From: a virus
Direction: 5' to 3' (one strand)
Length of the DNA: 64,000 nt
Virus record (IMG/VR): IMGVR_UViG_3300027759_003827
Span: 24,817-88,816 of that record
Part shown: positions 45,009-54,343 of the stretch, piece after piece
How positions within the stretch are numbered: position 1 is the stretch's first letter
How the letters are laid out: every line of letters starts with the position of its first letter
Program-made: the position numbers and the translations under genes
The notes under the pieces: generated by a model
Seen by the model: the letters and a program-made list of their open reading frames with translations, nothing else
What the model was told of the DNA's origin: nothing
The model's database searches: none

Positions 45009-45428
45009 TTATAAGTTAACTATTTTGTGGATTTTTGTAGAAAGTTTTCTTAAGTCGTCGCCTTGAGTTAGAAGTACAGTATTTCTGTAATTCTGCCACT
45101 CTACTCTAAAGGACGTGTCTAAGATTCCCTCGTTTAGGGATTTAATTAGAAGGTTTAAACTGTTAATCGTGTATAACGTATTAGTTTCCTTCTTTCTATG
45201 TAAAAGTATTGTATTTGGAAGTACTCTTGTATTAGTACTTTGAACTTCAATATTGTAAGTGCACAAAAATTCATCAGAATCTTCAGATTCTAATACAAAT
45301 ATCTTTCCGTACATGATTACGTATTCGGATTTAATCGTATCTAAAACCTCTTCTAGCTTGTCTTTAGGAGAGAATGTGCAAAATAACTTATTCTTCAATT
45401 GATCTTGTGTTAACTGTATAAATTCCAT
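45009..45428 (-). CDS. hypothetical phage protein
   Basis: LFCTF, HRKKETNTLYTIN. Confidence 0.7.
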   Translation of the reverse strand: MEFIQLTQDQLKNKLFCTFSPKDKLEEVLDTIKSEYVIMYGKIFVLESEDSDEFLCTYNIEVQSTNTRVLPNTILLHRKKETNTLYTINSLNLLIKSLNEGILDTSFRVEWQNYRNTVLLTQGDDLRKLSTKIHKIVNL

Positions 45429-45450
45429 AATAAATAGTTCGTTCTTAGTG

Positions 45451-46746
45451 TTAAAAGTTATAGTTATTGCTTTTTTTAGCCTTTACCTTAAATCTATCCG
45501 CTTCTAGGATATCTTTAATATGAGATAGGGTACCTTTTCCGTCTGATGCTGCATAATCAATTAATATCGAATCGTATACAACTAAAAGCACTTTGCTTTG
45601 TTTATCTTGAAGATAGCTTTTTAGCTTATCTAGTTTTTTAACGTTGTTTACTGTCTCTAAACATTGAATATAGTAGTTAAATAGCTTTTGAGGATTAGCA
45701 TTCTCTAGTGTAAGTCTTCTTTTATTCGGTAATTCCAAAAAACCGCTTCCTTTATAGGTAGTCCACATGGCATCTACTGCGATTGCTACGTCTTTAAAGA
45801 ATTCAATGTGCTTATACTCATCCTCTACTCCGTTATACATCTGTCTGAACGTAATTTTCTTAGCTTCTTGATATTCTTCAGACGTTAATTCGTCTTTTTC
45901 AAAGTACTGCTTACCTAAATACTCGTGAATTGACTCATTTTGCGGTATTTCAGTTCCCATTTTATTGGCAATCAACCTTAAATGATATCCGTCAAAATCA
46001 AACTCTACAAAAGCATCGTTTTCCGGTATAAAAGCCGTTCTAGAGCCATTTTCTTTATTAAAAGCAAGGAAGTTTATACTATTAAATGCGTTAGTAGGAC
46101 GTGAAGTAATATTATACAGGTTATAACTCGAATAAACCCTACTATCCCTTAAAGATCTCCCTTTCCAAGGAGTTTCAAAGTACTTATCAAAGAGCTTTTC
46201 ATCTACTAAGATTCCCTGCTCTTCTACCCATTTATACACTTCAGTGTATTTGTTCTGCCATTCAGCATTTGACTCTCTTCCTGCATAGTCTTTAACCATT
46301 TCAAACATACATTCACATCTTTCGTAATGCTTTGAGATCGGAATAAAGGTATTTACCTGTGAGGAATATTTAAACTTCTCGTAGTAGTCTAAATGTACAG
46401 GTGTATAGCATTGTACGTCTGGAATTTTACCTTCTATATCAAGTACAGTAAAGAATAAATCAATTCCGTTAGTTAGATTTAAAAAATAAGAATGCCATTT
46501 TTTATCTAATAAGTATATTTTAGGGATACCTTTTAAAAAGGTCTGAATTTGATCGATAGAGAGGGAAAAGGCTTCTGAATGGTTAATTGGAATAATATAT
46601 CCTTTCTTAAAATCATTATAGTATAAGACGCACGGTGTAGTTAAAGCTGGATGAGTATGTTCAGAAAGAGCCATTAACTCAACAAAGCATTTTTCAGGTC
46701 TAGGCAGCTGTGAAAGCTGTTCTTCGGTCTCAACAATGAAATACAT
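45451..46746 (-). CDS. second, shortened and divergent family A polymerase-like protein
   Basis: TSRP, EFDFDGYHLRL (motif A), AKKITFRQMYNG (B), VYDS (C). Confidence 0.75.
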   Translation of the reverse strand: MYFIVETEEQLSQLPRPEKCFVELMALSEHTHPALTTPCVLYYNDFKKGYIIPINHSEAFSLSIDQIQTFLKGIPKIYLLDKKWHSYFLNLTNGIDLFFTVLDIEGKIPDVQCYTPVHLDYYEKFKYSSQVNTFIPISKHYERCECMFEMVKDYAGRESNAEWQNKYTEVYKWVEEQGILVDEKLFDKYFETPWKGRSLRDSRVYSSYNLYNITSRPTNAFNSINFLAFNKENGSRTAFIPENDAFVEFDFDGYHLRLIANKMGTEIPQNESIHEYLGKQYFEKDELTSEEYQEAKKITFRQMYNGVEDEYKHIEFFKDVAIAVDAMWTTYKGSGFLELPNKRRLTLENANPQKLFNYYIQCLETVNNVKKLDKLKSYLQDKQSKVLLVVYDSILIDYAASDGKGTLSHIKDILEADRFKVKAKKSNNYNF

Positions 46747-46761
46747 AACTTTTATTTACAG

Positions 46762-46793
46762 TAAATATACTACATACTTCCCGAAGTAGCAAC
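46762..46793 (-). promoter_or_regulatory. Bacteroidota sigma-A-type promoter
   Basis: GTTG-N20-TATATTTA. Confidence 0.6.
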
Positions 46794-47453
46794 TGATACT
46801 TCAGTTATTTTTGCAAATTTAGTATAATCCCCTCCAATATACTCTACAATACCTCTAAAGCTTTTTTGTTTTGCTTCTGTTACACGTTTATTAGTAGTGT
46901 AAACCCCTCCTATAATTTGATACTGAGATTTTCTTGTATCGTACGTTGGTCCTGTTAATTGCCAAAGCATATCTGCAGTTTCGTACGATAGTAGTCCCTT
47001 ATCAACATTTCCATTTCCTACTTGAGCCCAGTCTTGCTCTGAAATCTCCATAATAAACCCTGTTCCAGATACTTTTTTAGCAAAGTACCTTGTAAAATAA
47101 CCTCTTGCGTAATCACCATCTATTGGTATAGGTATGTAAGGGTTTAATTCTATTAAACTACCGGCAAGTTGTCTATTTGCTTGATCATAAGCAGCAGAAG
47201 AACTAGGTATTACAGTTATATTATTAATAGGATTGGTAAGAACAGTATTAGTCTTATTACGTGCCCTAAAAAGGCTTATCGGAATTAATTCTATATTTGT
47301 TCCTAAGGCTGGAGTTATACCTGTAAAAAATTTGTTATTGTAAGTTGCATAATATCTCCCGGCATAGGTAGTTCCGTCAGGTAATACAAATTCATTACCT
47401 CTAGTATACTTGTTTGTCTCTACTCTACTCAATGGATAATACTTTAACGACAT
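46770..47453 (-). CDS. hypothetical protein, probably baseplate-associated
   Basis: last gene of the baseplate run; DYARGYFTRYF. Confidence 0.55.
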   Translation of the reverse strand: MSLKYYPLSRVETNKYTRGNEFVLPDGTTYAGRYYATYNNKFFTGITPALGTNIELIPISLFRARNKTNTVLTNPINNITVIPSSSAAYDQANRQLAGSLIELNPYIPIPIDGDYARGYFTRYFAKKVSGTGFIMEISEQDWAQVGNGNVDKGLLSYETADMLWQLTGPTYDTRKSQYQIIGGVYTTNKRVTEAKQKSFRGIVEYIGGDYTKFAKITEVSVATSGSM

Positions 47454-47456
47454 ACT

Positions 47457-50400
47457 CTATATAGTTATACCTATTATTTTATAATATTCTCTTAAATAAG
47501 GTAAAGCATCTGGCGATGTCTCCTTCCATTTATTTGTATGCCATAAATCATACTCTGCTAATGCTTTATTTACTATGCTAGTTGTATCACCTTGAGGAGG
47601 TCTAAGTACTACAAAGTAATCAGTTTTTCCTAACTGCCCTCCACTTAATGCAAGACTCTTTTTCCCTACAGTATTACCCACATTACCTCCAATTCCTGTA
47701 GCTACGTTACCGTTTACAGCAGTTATAATATCTCCATGACCTGCTCCCGACCAAGTTCTGGTCGTAAAAGTCAGAGTATTTCCATTTCTATTTGCTACTA
47801 CTAGATCTCCTGCTTGAATTTTGGTCTTACCTGGATCTAAGACCTGCCAGCCGTTAGGTTTACTTCTTAGAGCTTGCGCATATTCACTATGATACGAATT
47901 ATAAGGAAAATTACTTACTCCTGCCTGTTTCATTACATAACTAATAAAGCCAGCACTCCACGGGTACTTGCTGTTAAATTCATCGCTTAGTGTAGTTATA
48001 GAAGCTAAAGATATTTGTAAGGCATCTGATCTTTTTCCAGGTGTTTCTATTAGTACTGGTGTTTTTAATTTTATCATCTGTCCTTTTATCTTAGTTAGCC
48101 ATTCATTATTTTGAATAGTATGTACTAACCCAGTTACAATAAAGGCAATTTTAGTCTTACCGCCTTCTCCTTGGTAGGTATAAGGCAACCTATCATTTGG
48201 AACAGTAAAACCATTCATCATCATTATACCGCTTATACCGTCTACTGTCAACTCTAACTCAAGAGGTATGTACGGAGAGGCACTAGTTAGGGGATTTGAT
48301 GATTTTGCTTTAGACATTCTTTCAAGGTAGTAGTTCTTAGCGGCTTCGATATTTTTAGGGTTATACCCTTCAAATTTACCATATAAACATTGTACGTGAC
48401 TATTAAATAAATCTGCTGCTTCCTGGTCAGAAGTAGCTCCGCTTTTGTTTACTACAGTAGCATTATTTCCTATAGTAGGATCTTCTTTTGATCGGGAATA
48501 CCTATCTTCATAAAACGTATTTAAGTGGCTATACGGAGAATGGTCTTTAGAGTTTACTGATCCTGTTTCTGCTTGTGCAGATATTGCAATTTTACTTGCT
48601 AATTTAGAAGAAATTACAGTATTAAGGCGAAATTCTCTCGTTATACTCTTTGTTCCTACTATTGATATTGATCCTGGTGCTTCTGGAGATGCAATAATAG
48701 ATCCGTCTAAAGGTAATTGTCCGGAAGTTACGGGAGTAGTAGCATTTTTTGCACCTTGTTCTGTCTGACTTAATACTGTATCTTTTAAAGGTACCCATTG
48801 GTCATCTACTATTTGTATCGTATTAGATTCATCTAGATAACTAACTCTAAAAGAGTTTACTCCTCCTAAACACTTATTAATATCTATTAGAATTTGATCT
48901 AAAAAAGGCTTAAGGTTGACTGCATGTTCAGGATCGTTTCTTGACATATTAAGGCATAGATCTAATAGGTACTGTGTATTTACAAGTATACTCATTAGAT
49001 TGCCTTTATATTTAGCAGAATCTGTTCCATCATTTGTCGTAAAACTTGCTCCTCCTTTTTCAAGGTCTTGTGTTACTACGTTATTTGTCTCTGTATTAAA
49101 AAGCGGTGGGGAAAGTTTTTTTATAATCTCATCAGTAGTAAAAAGTTTTCTATAGTATTTTTGACCTTTTTGCATAGGGATCATACATATAGTAGGATCT
49201 ATAGAAAACTGTTGAGGTATAGTAAAGCAAAAATTAGTTGTTGGATTAAAATCAATGTAAATAAAAGGATGCTTTTTAGTGCCTATTGGGTTTGTACTTA
49301 CAGCTGGTGCACCTGTTTTACGAGATTGGTTAGAATCGTAAATTAAACACATATTATTTAAAAACGCAAGTAAGTATCCGAGAGTTATGTATGTTGGAGA
49401 TCTAACATCATTTACAACACCTTCTACTCCGCCCTGTTTGTATTTTATAACATAAGCTTTGCAAAGGGCTTTAAAATCTACAGCATCAACTTTCTTATAC
49501 GTCTCTACTGAGCTATCCCCTATTATAGCACTACTAAAGCCTTTTATTGCATAATTTAATAACTTAAATTCTGTAAAATTTTCACCTTTAACTATTGTAA
49601 AGTCTGGGTTAGTTGTTTTACCTGTTGCATCAAAGACATTATTTAGAGCTCCATCTGTATAAAACTTTCTTGTAGTTTCTAAGATATCATGTACATAGAC
49701 TCCTGTCTTCTTTAATGCTGCTGCTTGTGCTTGTGCTTGTACGATTGTAAGCATGGCTTGTAAAGCGGAACTAAATCCTTCAGGAGATTTTGTTTGAGCT
49801 ATATCCGCCTGTGTTATAGTAGTGTCTGCAGTTCCGGTATTTGCTGAAGTAGCTCTATTACCGGTTGCGTCATACTTCTTACCGTTTACTTTAAAATCGT
49901 AAAAAGGAGTAAGGTTATTAGTAGTTATAGTTAGTGTAACGGGTACTGATGGAGCTACATTATTAGCGCGGGTAATTGCTGGGTATTCCTTTCCTTTAAA
50001 ATCGGCAGTAACATCTGCTTGCTCTTTTGGGCCGTTATACGCAACGTTAGGTACTTTGATACCGGTCCAGGTTGCAGTAATTGTAAAGTCATTATCTAAA
50101 ATAGGGGCGACACTATTGGCTTTTTTATTGCCATTATGTTTTAGACTTATCGCAGGATAAATCACTGAATTGGCTCCTCCAAGCCATTGATCTATTGCAG
50201 TAGTTACTTGATTTGCGGTAGGTGAATAGTTAACCCATTCTGCAGGCACGTTTACTGTTATCTTTAGGTCAACATATCCTACAATATACTGCTCTACTGT
50301 GGAATTCGGGTTATCTTCCTGATAAAACGGTTTGTCGTATCGAGTTCCGTACGTTGTACTAACTAAGTCTGGCCAACCCTCGTAGCCTGTAGTTCCTTCT

Positions 50401-51953
50401 ATCTTACCAGGAATAGGTACTTCTCTACCCTTTGGACCGAGTTGGTAAGTAGCTATAGCTCCTATCGCTTTATTTAAATATGAACCTTTTAAATCAAAAA
50501 ATAAATCTAATGCGTCAGTCTCTTTACCTGTTCCATCGTCATATCCAAATGTTGCTTCTTTTAGTAGTCTATTAAGTACAGTAAGATCTAAGCTTGCACC
50601 TAAGGTGTCTGAAGTTTGTACTCTTAAAAATTCAGTAAGGTGTCTTATATAAAAGCCTGCGAACTTTTTAATATATCCTGCTTTTACGGCTGGATCTGTA
50701 AATACATTAAACGCACTATCTGGGATAAAGACGACCCATTCGGTGCCAGAAAGAGGTCCGTCTATACTTCCAAATGCTTTAGCTTCTAAGGCCTCTACAG
50801 TAGGTATTGGAAATCCGTATTCAATTAAAAACTTTGTATAGGTATATGTACTCTCCTTATGTATGTACTTATGTATAAGCTTATAAAGCTCGGTAAGAGA
50901 TGTTGATGCAGCTTCTGGAGGCTCTGCAGGTTTTACTTGTGCATTTGCAGATCCGGCAGCTAATTGAGCTGCAAGATCTTCGTTAATTTTTTTCTGTATA
51001 GCTATCTGTTTTAAGATATACTCTTGAAGTCTTTCATATTCTTCAATCTGTCCAGCTGGTAAAGTATAGGATTGATTTGCTTTCGTTGAATCCATTATAG
51101 CACCATGACCTATCAACTTTACAGTACAGTCGTAGCCTCCATCTTGAGTGGCATTAAAGTTAAATCCGGTTACTATACCGTACATTCCTCCGTAATTTCC
51201 GTCTGTCTCTCTCGTCTTGGTATTAATTTTAGTTATTATATCTTCTTTTCTTAAATTATCATTAAAAAGCCCTTCAATTCCGTATATATTATCTGTTTGA
51301 AAGGTACCGTCATTAAGGTAGTACTGTGTATGTCCCCATTCGAGTATCATAGAATAACCTAACCTAAAATAAAGAGCTTCAATAACATTAAGCTGGTTTA
51401 AATTGTTAACTCTAAAATTAACGGTAGCTTGTCTTAATGAACCTAAACGTCCTAAAGTTTCTATTGTTACAGAAGTTAGACCAGGCATTGGAACAAATCC
51501 TAGTTCTGTCGTACCTCCGAGACCGTAAGCACCTAATGTAACACCTGTAAGATTTGCTCTATTATCTGCACTTATTCCTTCTCTTAAGTTAATCCCGTCC
51601 CCAACTTGTACAGAAGTGCCTGCTTCAAGTATCCAATCCTGTGCTAAACTATCTTCTTTATCAAGTAGTCCTGTTCCTAGAGCATTATATATTTGCTTAG
51701 TTGTAACGTCGTATGGCTTAGCTGCTTTTTCATTCTCATTAATTTTTTCTAAAGTTCTACCAATTACATTAACAGAGGATGCAAGACGTACCCATGCTGT
51801 TTTATTGGCTAAAAATAAAACCTCTTCAAGACCCCTTTTATTTTCTGCTGTTCCGCCAGTACTGTTACGATTAGCTCTTATATCAAACTGAGATAAGACA
51901 TAGCTTCGAAAAGGAGCGCCGAGAACATTGGATAATTTTATATTAGAATCCAT
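47457..51953 (-). CDS. large baseplate hub/tail protein with C-terminal CHAP-like (DUF2272-type) domain
   Basis: PMPGL..GSLRQATV, LEWGH, ELTVDGISG; C-terminal WSAGFISYVM, GHGDII, IGGNV. Confidence 0.7.
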   Translation of the reverse strand: MDSNIKLSNVLGAPFRSYVLSQFDIRANRNSTGGTAENKRGLEEVLFLANKTAWVRLASSVNVIGRTLEKINENEKAAKPYDVTTKQIYNALGTGLLDKEDSLAQDWILEAGTSVQVGDGINLREGISADNRANLTGVTLGAYGLGGTTELGFVPMPGLTSVTIETLGRLGSLRQATVNFRVNNLNQLNVIEALYFRLGYSMILEWGHTQYYLNDGTFQTDNIYGIEGLFNDNLRKEDIITKINTKTRETDGNYGGMYGIVTGFNFNATQDGGYDCTVKLIGHGAIMDSTKANQSYTLPAGQIEEYERLQEYILKQIAIQKKINEDLAAQLAAGSANAQVKPAEPPEAASTSLTELYKLIHKYIHKESTYTYTKFLIEYGFPIPTVEALEAKAFGSIDGPLSGTEWVVFIPDSAFNVFTDPAVKAGYIKKFAGFYIRHLTEFLRVQTSDTLGASLDLTVLNRLLKEATFGYDDGTGKETDALDLFFDLKGSYLNKAIGAIATYQLGPKGREVPIPGKIEGTTGYEGWPDLVSTTYGTRYDKPFYQEDNPNSTVEQYIVGYVDLKITVNVPAEWVNYSPTANQVTTAIDQWLGGANSVIYPAISLKHNGNKKANSVAPILDNDFTITATWTGIKVPNVAYNGPKEQADVTADFKGKEYPAITRANNVAPSVPVTLTITTNNLTPFYDFKVNGKKYDATGNRATSANTGTADTTITQADIAQTKSPEGFSSALQAMLTIVQAQAQAAALKKTGVYVHDILETTRKFYTDGALNNVFDATGKTTNPDFTIVKGENFTEFKLLNYAIKGFSSAIIGDSSVETYKKVDAVDFKALCKAYVIKYKQGGVEGVVNDVRSPTYITLGYLLAFLNNMCLIYDSNQSRKTGAPAVSTNPIGTKKHPFIYIDFNPTTNFCFTIPQQFSIDPTICMIPMQKGQKYYRKLFTTDEIIKKLSPPLFNTETNNVVTQDLEKGGASFTTNDGTDSAKYKGNLMSILVNTQYLLDLCLNMSRNDPEHAVNLKPFLDQILIDINKCLGGVNSFRVSYLDESNTIQIVDDQWVPLKDTVLSQTEQGAKNATTPVTSGQLPLDGSIIASPEAPGSISIVGTKSITREFRLNTVISSKLASKIAISAQAETGSVNSKDHSPYSHLNTFYEDRYSRSKEDPTIGNNATVVNKSGATSDQEAADLFNSHVQCLYGKFEGYNPKNIEAAKNYYLERMSKAKSSNPLTSASPYIPLELELTVDGISGIMMMNGFTVPNDRLPYTYQGEGGKTKIAFIVTGLVHTIQNNEWLTKIKGQMIKLKTPVLIETPGKRSDALQISLASITTLSDEFNSKYPWSAGFISYVMKQAGVSNFPYNSYHSEYAQALRSKPNGWQVLDPGKTKIQAGDLVVANRNGNTLTFTTRTWSGAGHGDIITAVNGNVATGIGGNVGNTVGKKSLALSGGQLGKTDYFVVLRPPQGDTTSIVNKALAEYDLWHTNKWKETSPDALPYLREYYKIIGITI

Positions 51954-52251
51954 TATTTACAGAATTATAATTGTTTAGTATTATTTTAAGGTTGATTGGA
52001 ATTCTTAATTGAATACCAATAGGAGGGTATATTGAATCCCCGGGTAAAGCGTTTGCTGATGCAATAACCCACCACAGACTTGAATCCTGATAGAAGTCTT
52101 GTGCGATTAAATCTAATCGATCATTAACTGTTGTAATAACATAATAATCAGAATTAGTTGGCTGTACTTCTGGGTAGATGTTAGTCTCGTAGTAAGTACT
52201 TCCGGTTAAATTTAGTCTTGTGACAGGTATATTTTTATATCTTGATTGCAT
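51943..52251 (-). CDS. LysM-like baseplate wedge protein (gp53/tail X-like)
   Basis: DRLDLIAQDFYQDSSLWWVIASAN, GIQLRIP. Confidence 0.85.
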   Translation of the reverse strand: MQSRYKNIPVTRLNLTGSTYYETNIYPEVQPTNSDYYVITTVNDRLDLIAQDFYQDSSLWWVIASANALPGDSIYPPIGIQLRIPINLKIILNNYNSVNNGF

Positions 52252-52253
52252 TA

Positions 52254-54110
52254 TTACTGTGTTTGACTTGCTTGGTTAATAACACCTTGAGCTACTACTG
52301 CGGTTGATTGTAAGAAATCTCCGTTATTTGCAAGCAACGGTACAAAGTTGTTATTTAGAGTTACTCTTCGCGGTAATATATCCATAATAGGTTTAAAGCT
52401 ACATTGTACTGAAACCATATGAGGTAATTGTCTTACGTCATCTTCTCCTTGCTTAATACCTGTTGTTGCTTCAGTTCGAAAGGCTTGAGCAGTAGTAGCA
52501 GGATCTCCTGAGTTTATAAATTCGTTTAATTGAATTTCCCAAGGCGTGTTACCATTATCAATAGTCACGTTTACACTCTCTAAAAAACCCGGTACTCTAT
52601 AAAGATAATCACCAATTGTCAATTTAACAACACTTCCGCGCATTAAATTATAAGTTGCAGAATAGTCAGGATACACTTGTGATACGAGATGATTTAGCTT
52701 TTGATACATTGGTTTAAGTTCTTGTCTACTTTGCGCAAACATTTTAAAGCTAAAGCCAATACTTCTATCAAATCCTTGGTAAGTTCTAAAAGTCTCACCT
52801 CTACCCACATACTTAAACGTATTATAACTAGCTTGATTACTATCACTAATTTGGCCATCTAGAAAAGCTCTGAAAACTAAAGCTGCAGCAGTTGACCCGT
52901 CAGGATCATCGTTATCTATACACTCAAAAGCAAATTTTATAATATCGTTTGTAGCTAAAAGATTTCCCTTATCGTCTTCTAGATCCCAAGGCTTTTGATT
53001 GCTTGTATTAAAGTAAAAAGGTGCTAAAGCATTTAACTTATCTACACCGGTATTATTAGTAGTATCAGTATAGTTAACTCTAGCTCTAGGTGCGCCTGGA
53101 TTACCAATATTTAACCTTGTAACTATATCGGTTTTAGCTCCGTAGTTATCCGCATTGTACGGAATAACTGGTGTTTGTCCGTCGTTTGTTTGCTTTCTAA
53201 AGTCTTGAATCTTAGCCTGAGTTGGTGATCCAGGATTAGTTGTACGAGTATCTTGTGCAGCAAGCTGTTGATATGTAAATGCTATAGCAGAGTAAGGGCG
53301 TTGAATTCCTGCTACAGTAAATCCATTAGTGTATTCTATTTTTGCAGCATCGGTATCTGTATATCTAAAAATTCTTGTAAAGCCATCTCCGTAAGTAGAG
53401 CCTGGACCTCCTGGATAATTGAATAATTGATTTTGTATAGATGAAATACCTAATCTATCTACTAGAAGAGGGTCAATTCCTATAGCATAAGTTGTATCTG
53501 AGCTTACAAGAAAGTTTTTATTGCTTATTAACTTTAAAGCACGTAAAATAGAAAGTCTATTAGTGGCTGTTGTATTGTTTTGAGGTGCACCTACAATGTA
53601 TTGATAAGTTTGTCGTACAGATTCATATACACTAGGGCTATTACCGTGTCTATTAAAGTGAGTTCCAGTACCTTGAACACCTACCTGTGCAATAGTATTT
53701 GCGGGATTGTATACTTGTGTAACGGGTATAACTGCATTGCCTAAGGATAATCCTACAAACTGTAATGAATTAGGTACTTGAGTTTTAGGATTAGTTAACT
53801 GTAATCCTTTTTGTTTTTGTATAAAAGCAGTACCTTGTGGTGCAGATTTAAAAAACCTCTTTATACGTTCAGTATCTATTACTGCTGCCTTAGTAGTATA
53901 TGTTCCATTTACTAGAGAGCTTATCGCTCCCCCTCTTACTGGGTAATCTAAGCTAGTTCTATTAAGCTCATAAAAGTCTTTAAAATCCGTAGGGGTATTA
54001 ACAGTCTCAATAGGAGCTTGAATAAATGGTTGACCGCTATCTCCGCCTCCAGGCTGATCCATGCCAAATCGTAAGCTAGTAAGGTTTGTCTTGAAGTTAA
54101 TTAACGGCAT
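52254..54110 (-). CDS. baseplate / tail-tube initiator protein
   Basis: FRAFL..ISD, YVGRGE.F.TYQGF.RSI.F.F, LTIGDY. Confidence 0.7.
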   Translation of the reverse strand: MPLINFKTNLTSLRFGMDQPGGGDSGQPFIQAPIETVNTPTDFKDFYELNRTSLDYPVRGGAISSLVNGTYTTKAAVIDTERIKRFFKSAPQGTAFIQKQKGLQLTNPKTQVPNSLQFVGLSLGNAVIPVTQVYNPANTIAQVGVQGTGTHFNRHGNSPSVYESVRQTYQYIVGAPQNNTTATNRLSILRALKLISNKNFLVSSDTTYAIGIDPLLVDRLGISSIQNQLFNYPGGPGSTYGDGFTRIFRYTDTDAAKIEYTNGFTVAGIQRPYSAIAFTYQQLAAQDTRTTNPGSPTQAKIQDFRKQTNDGQTPVIPYNADNYGAKTDIVTRLNIGNPGAPRARVNYTDTTNNTGVDKLNALAPFYFNTSNQKPWDLEDDKGNLLATNDIIKFAFECIDNDDPDGSTAAALVFRAFLDGQISDSNQASYNTFKYVGRGETFRTYQGFDRSIGFSFKMFAQSRQELKPMYQKLNHLVSQVYPDYSATYNLMRGSVVKLTIGDYLYRVPGFLESVNVTIDNGNTPWEIQLNEFINSGDPATTAQAFRTEATTGIKQGEDDVRQLPHMVSVQCSFKPIMDILPRRVTLNNNFVPLLANNGDFLQSTAVVAQGVINQASQTQ

Positions 54111-54111
54111 C

Positions 54112-54342
54112 TTATGATTTATTAGAGGCTTTTAAGAAATCTAAATATGTTGGTTGTGGTTTTGCGCCATAAGTAACGTCTAGTGGATTCTGACTTACAG
54201 GGATTACAGAGGAAGCTAAAAGAACGGAAGAGCCTCTTAATACTGTCGCTACGTTTTGAGGAGTTCCTTCGAACTGTCCTGTAAGGTTAGTTTTACCTTG
54301 CTTACTTAACTGCGAATTCTTTATTTGACCTAATACTGACAT
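54112..54342 (-). CDS. hypothetical virion-associated protein
   Basis: tiles between tape measure and baseplate genes. Confidence 0.55.
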   Translation of the reverse strand: MSVLGQIKNSQLSKQGKTNLTGQFEGTPQNVATVLRGSSVLLASSVIPVSQNPLDVTYGAKPQPTYLDFLKASNKS

Positions 54343-54343
54343 T

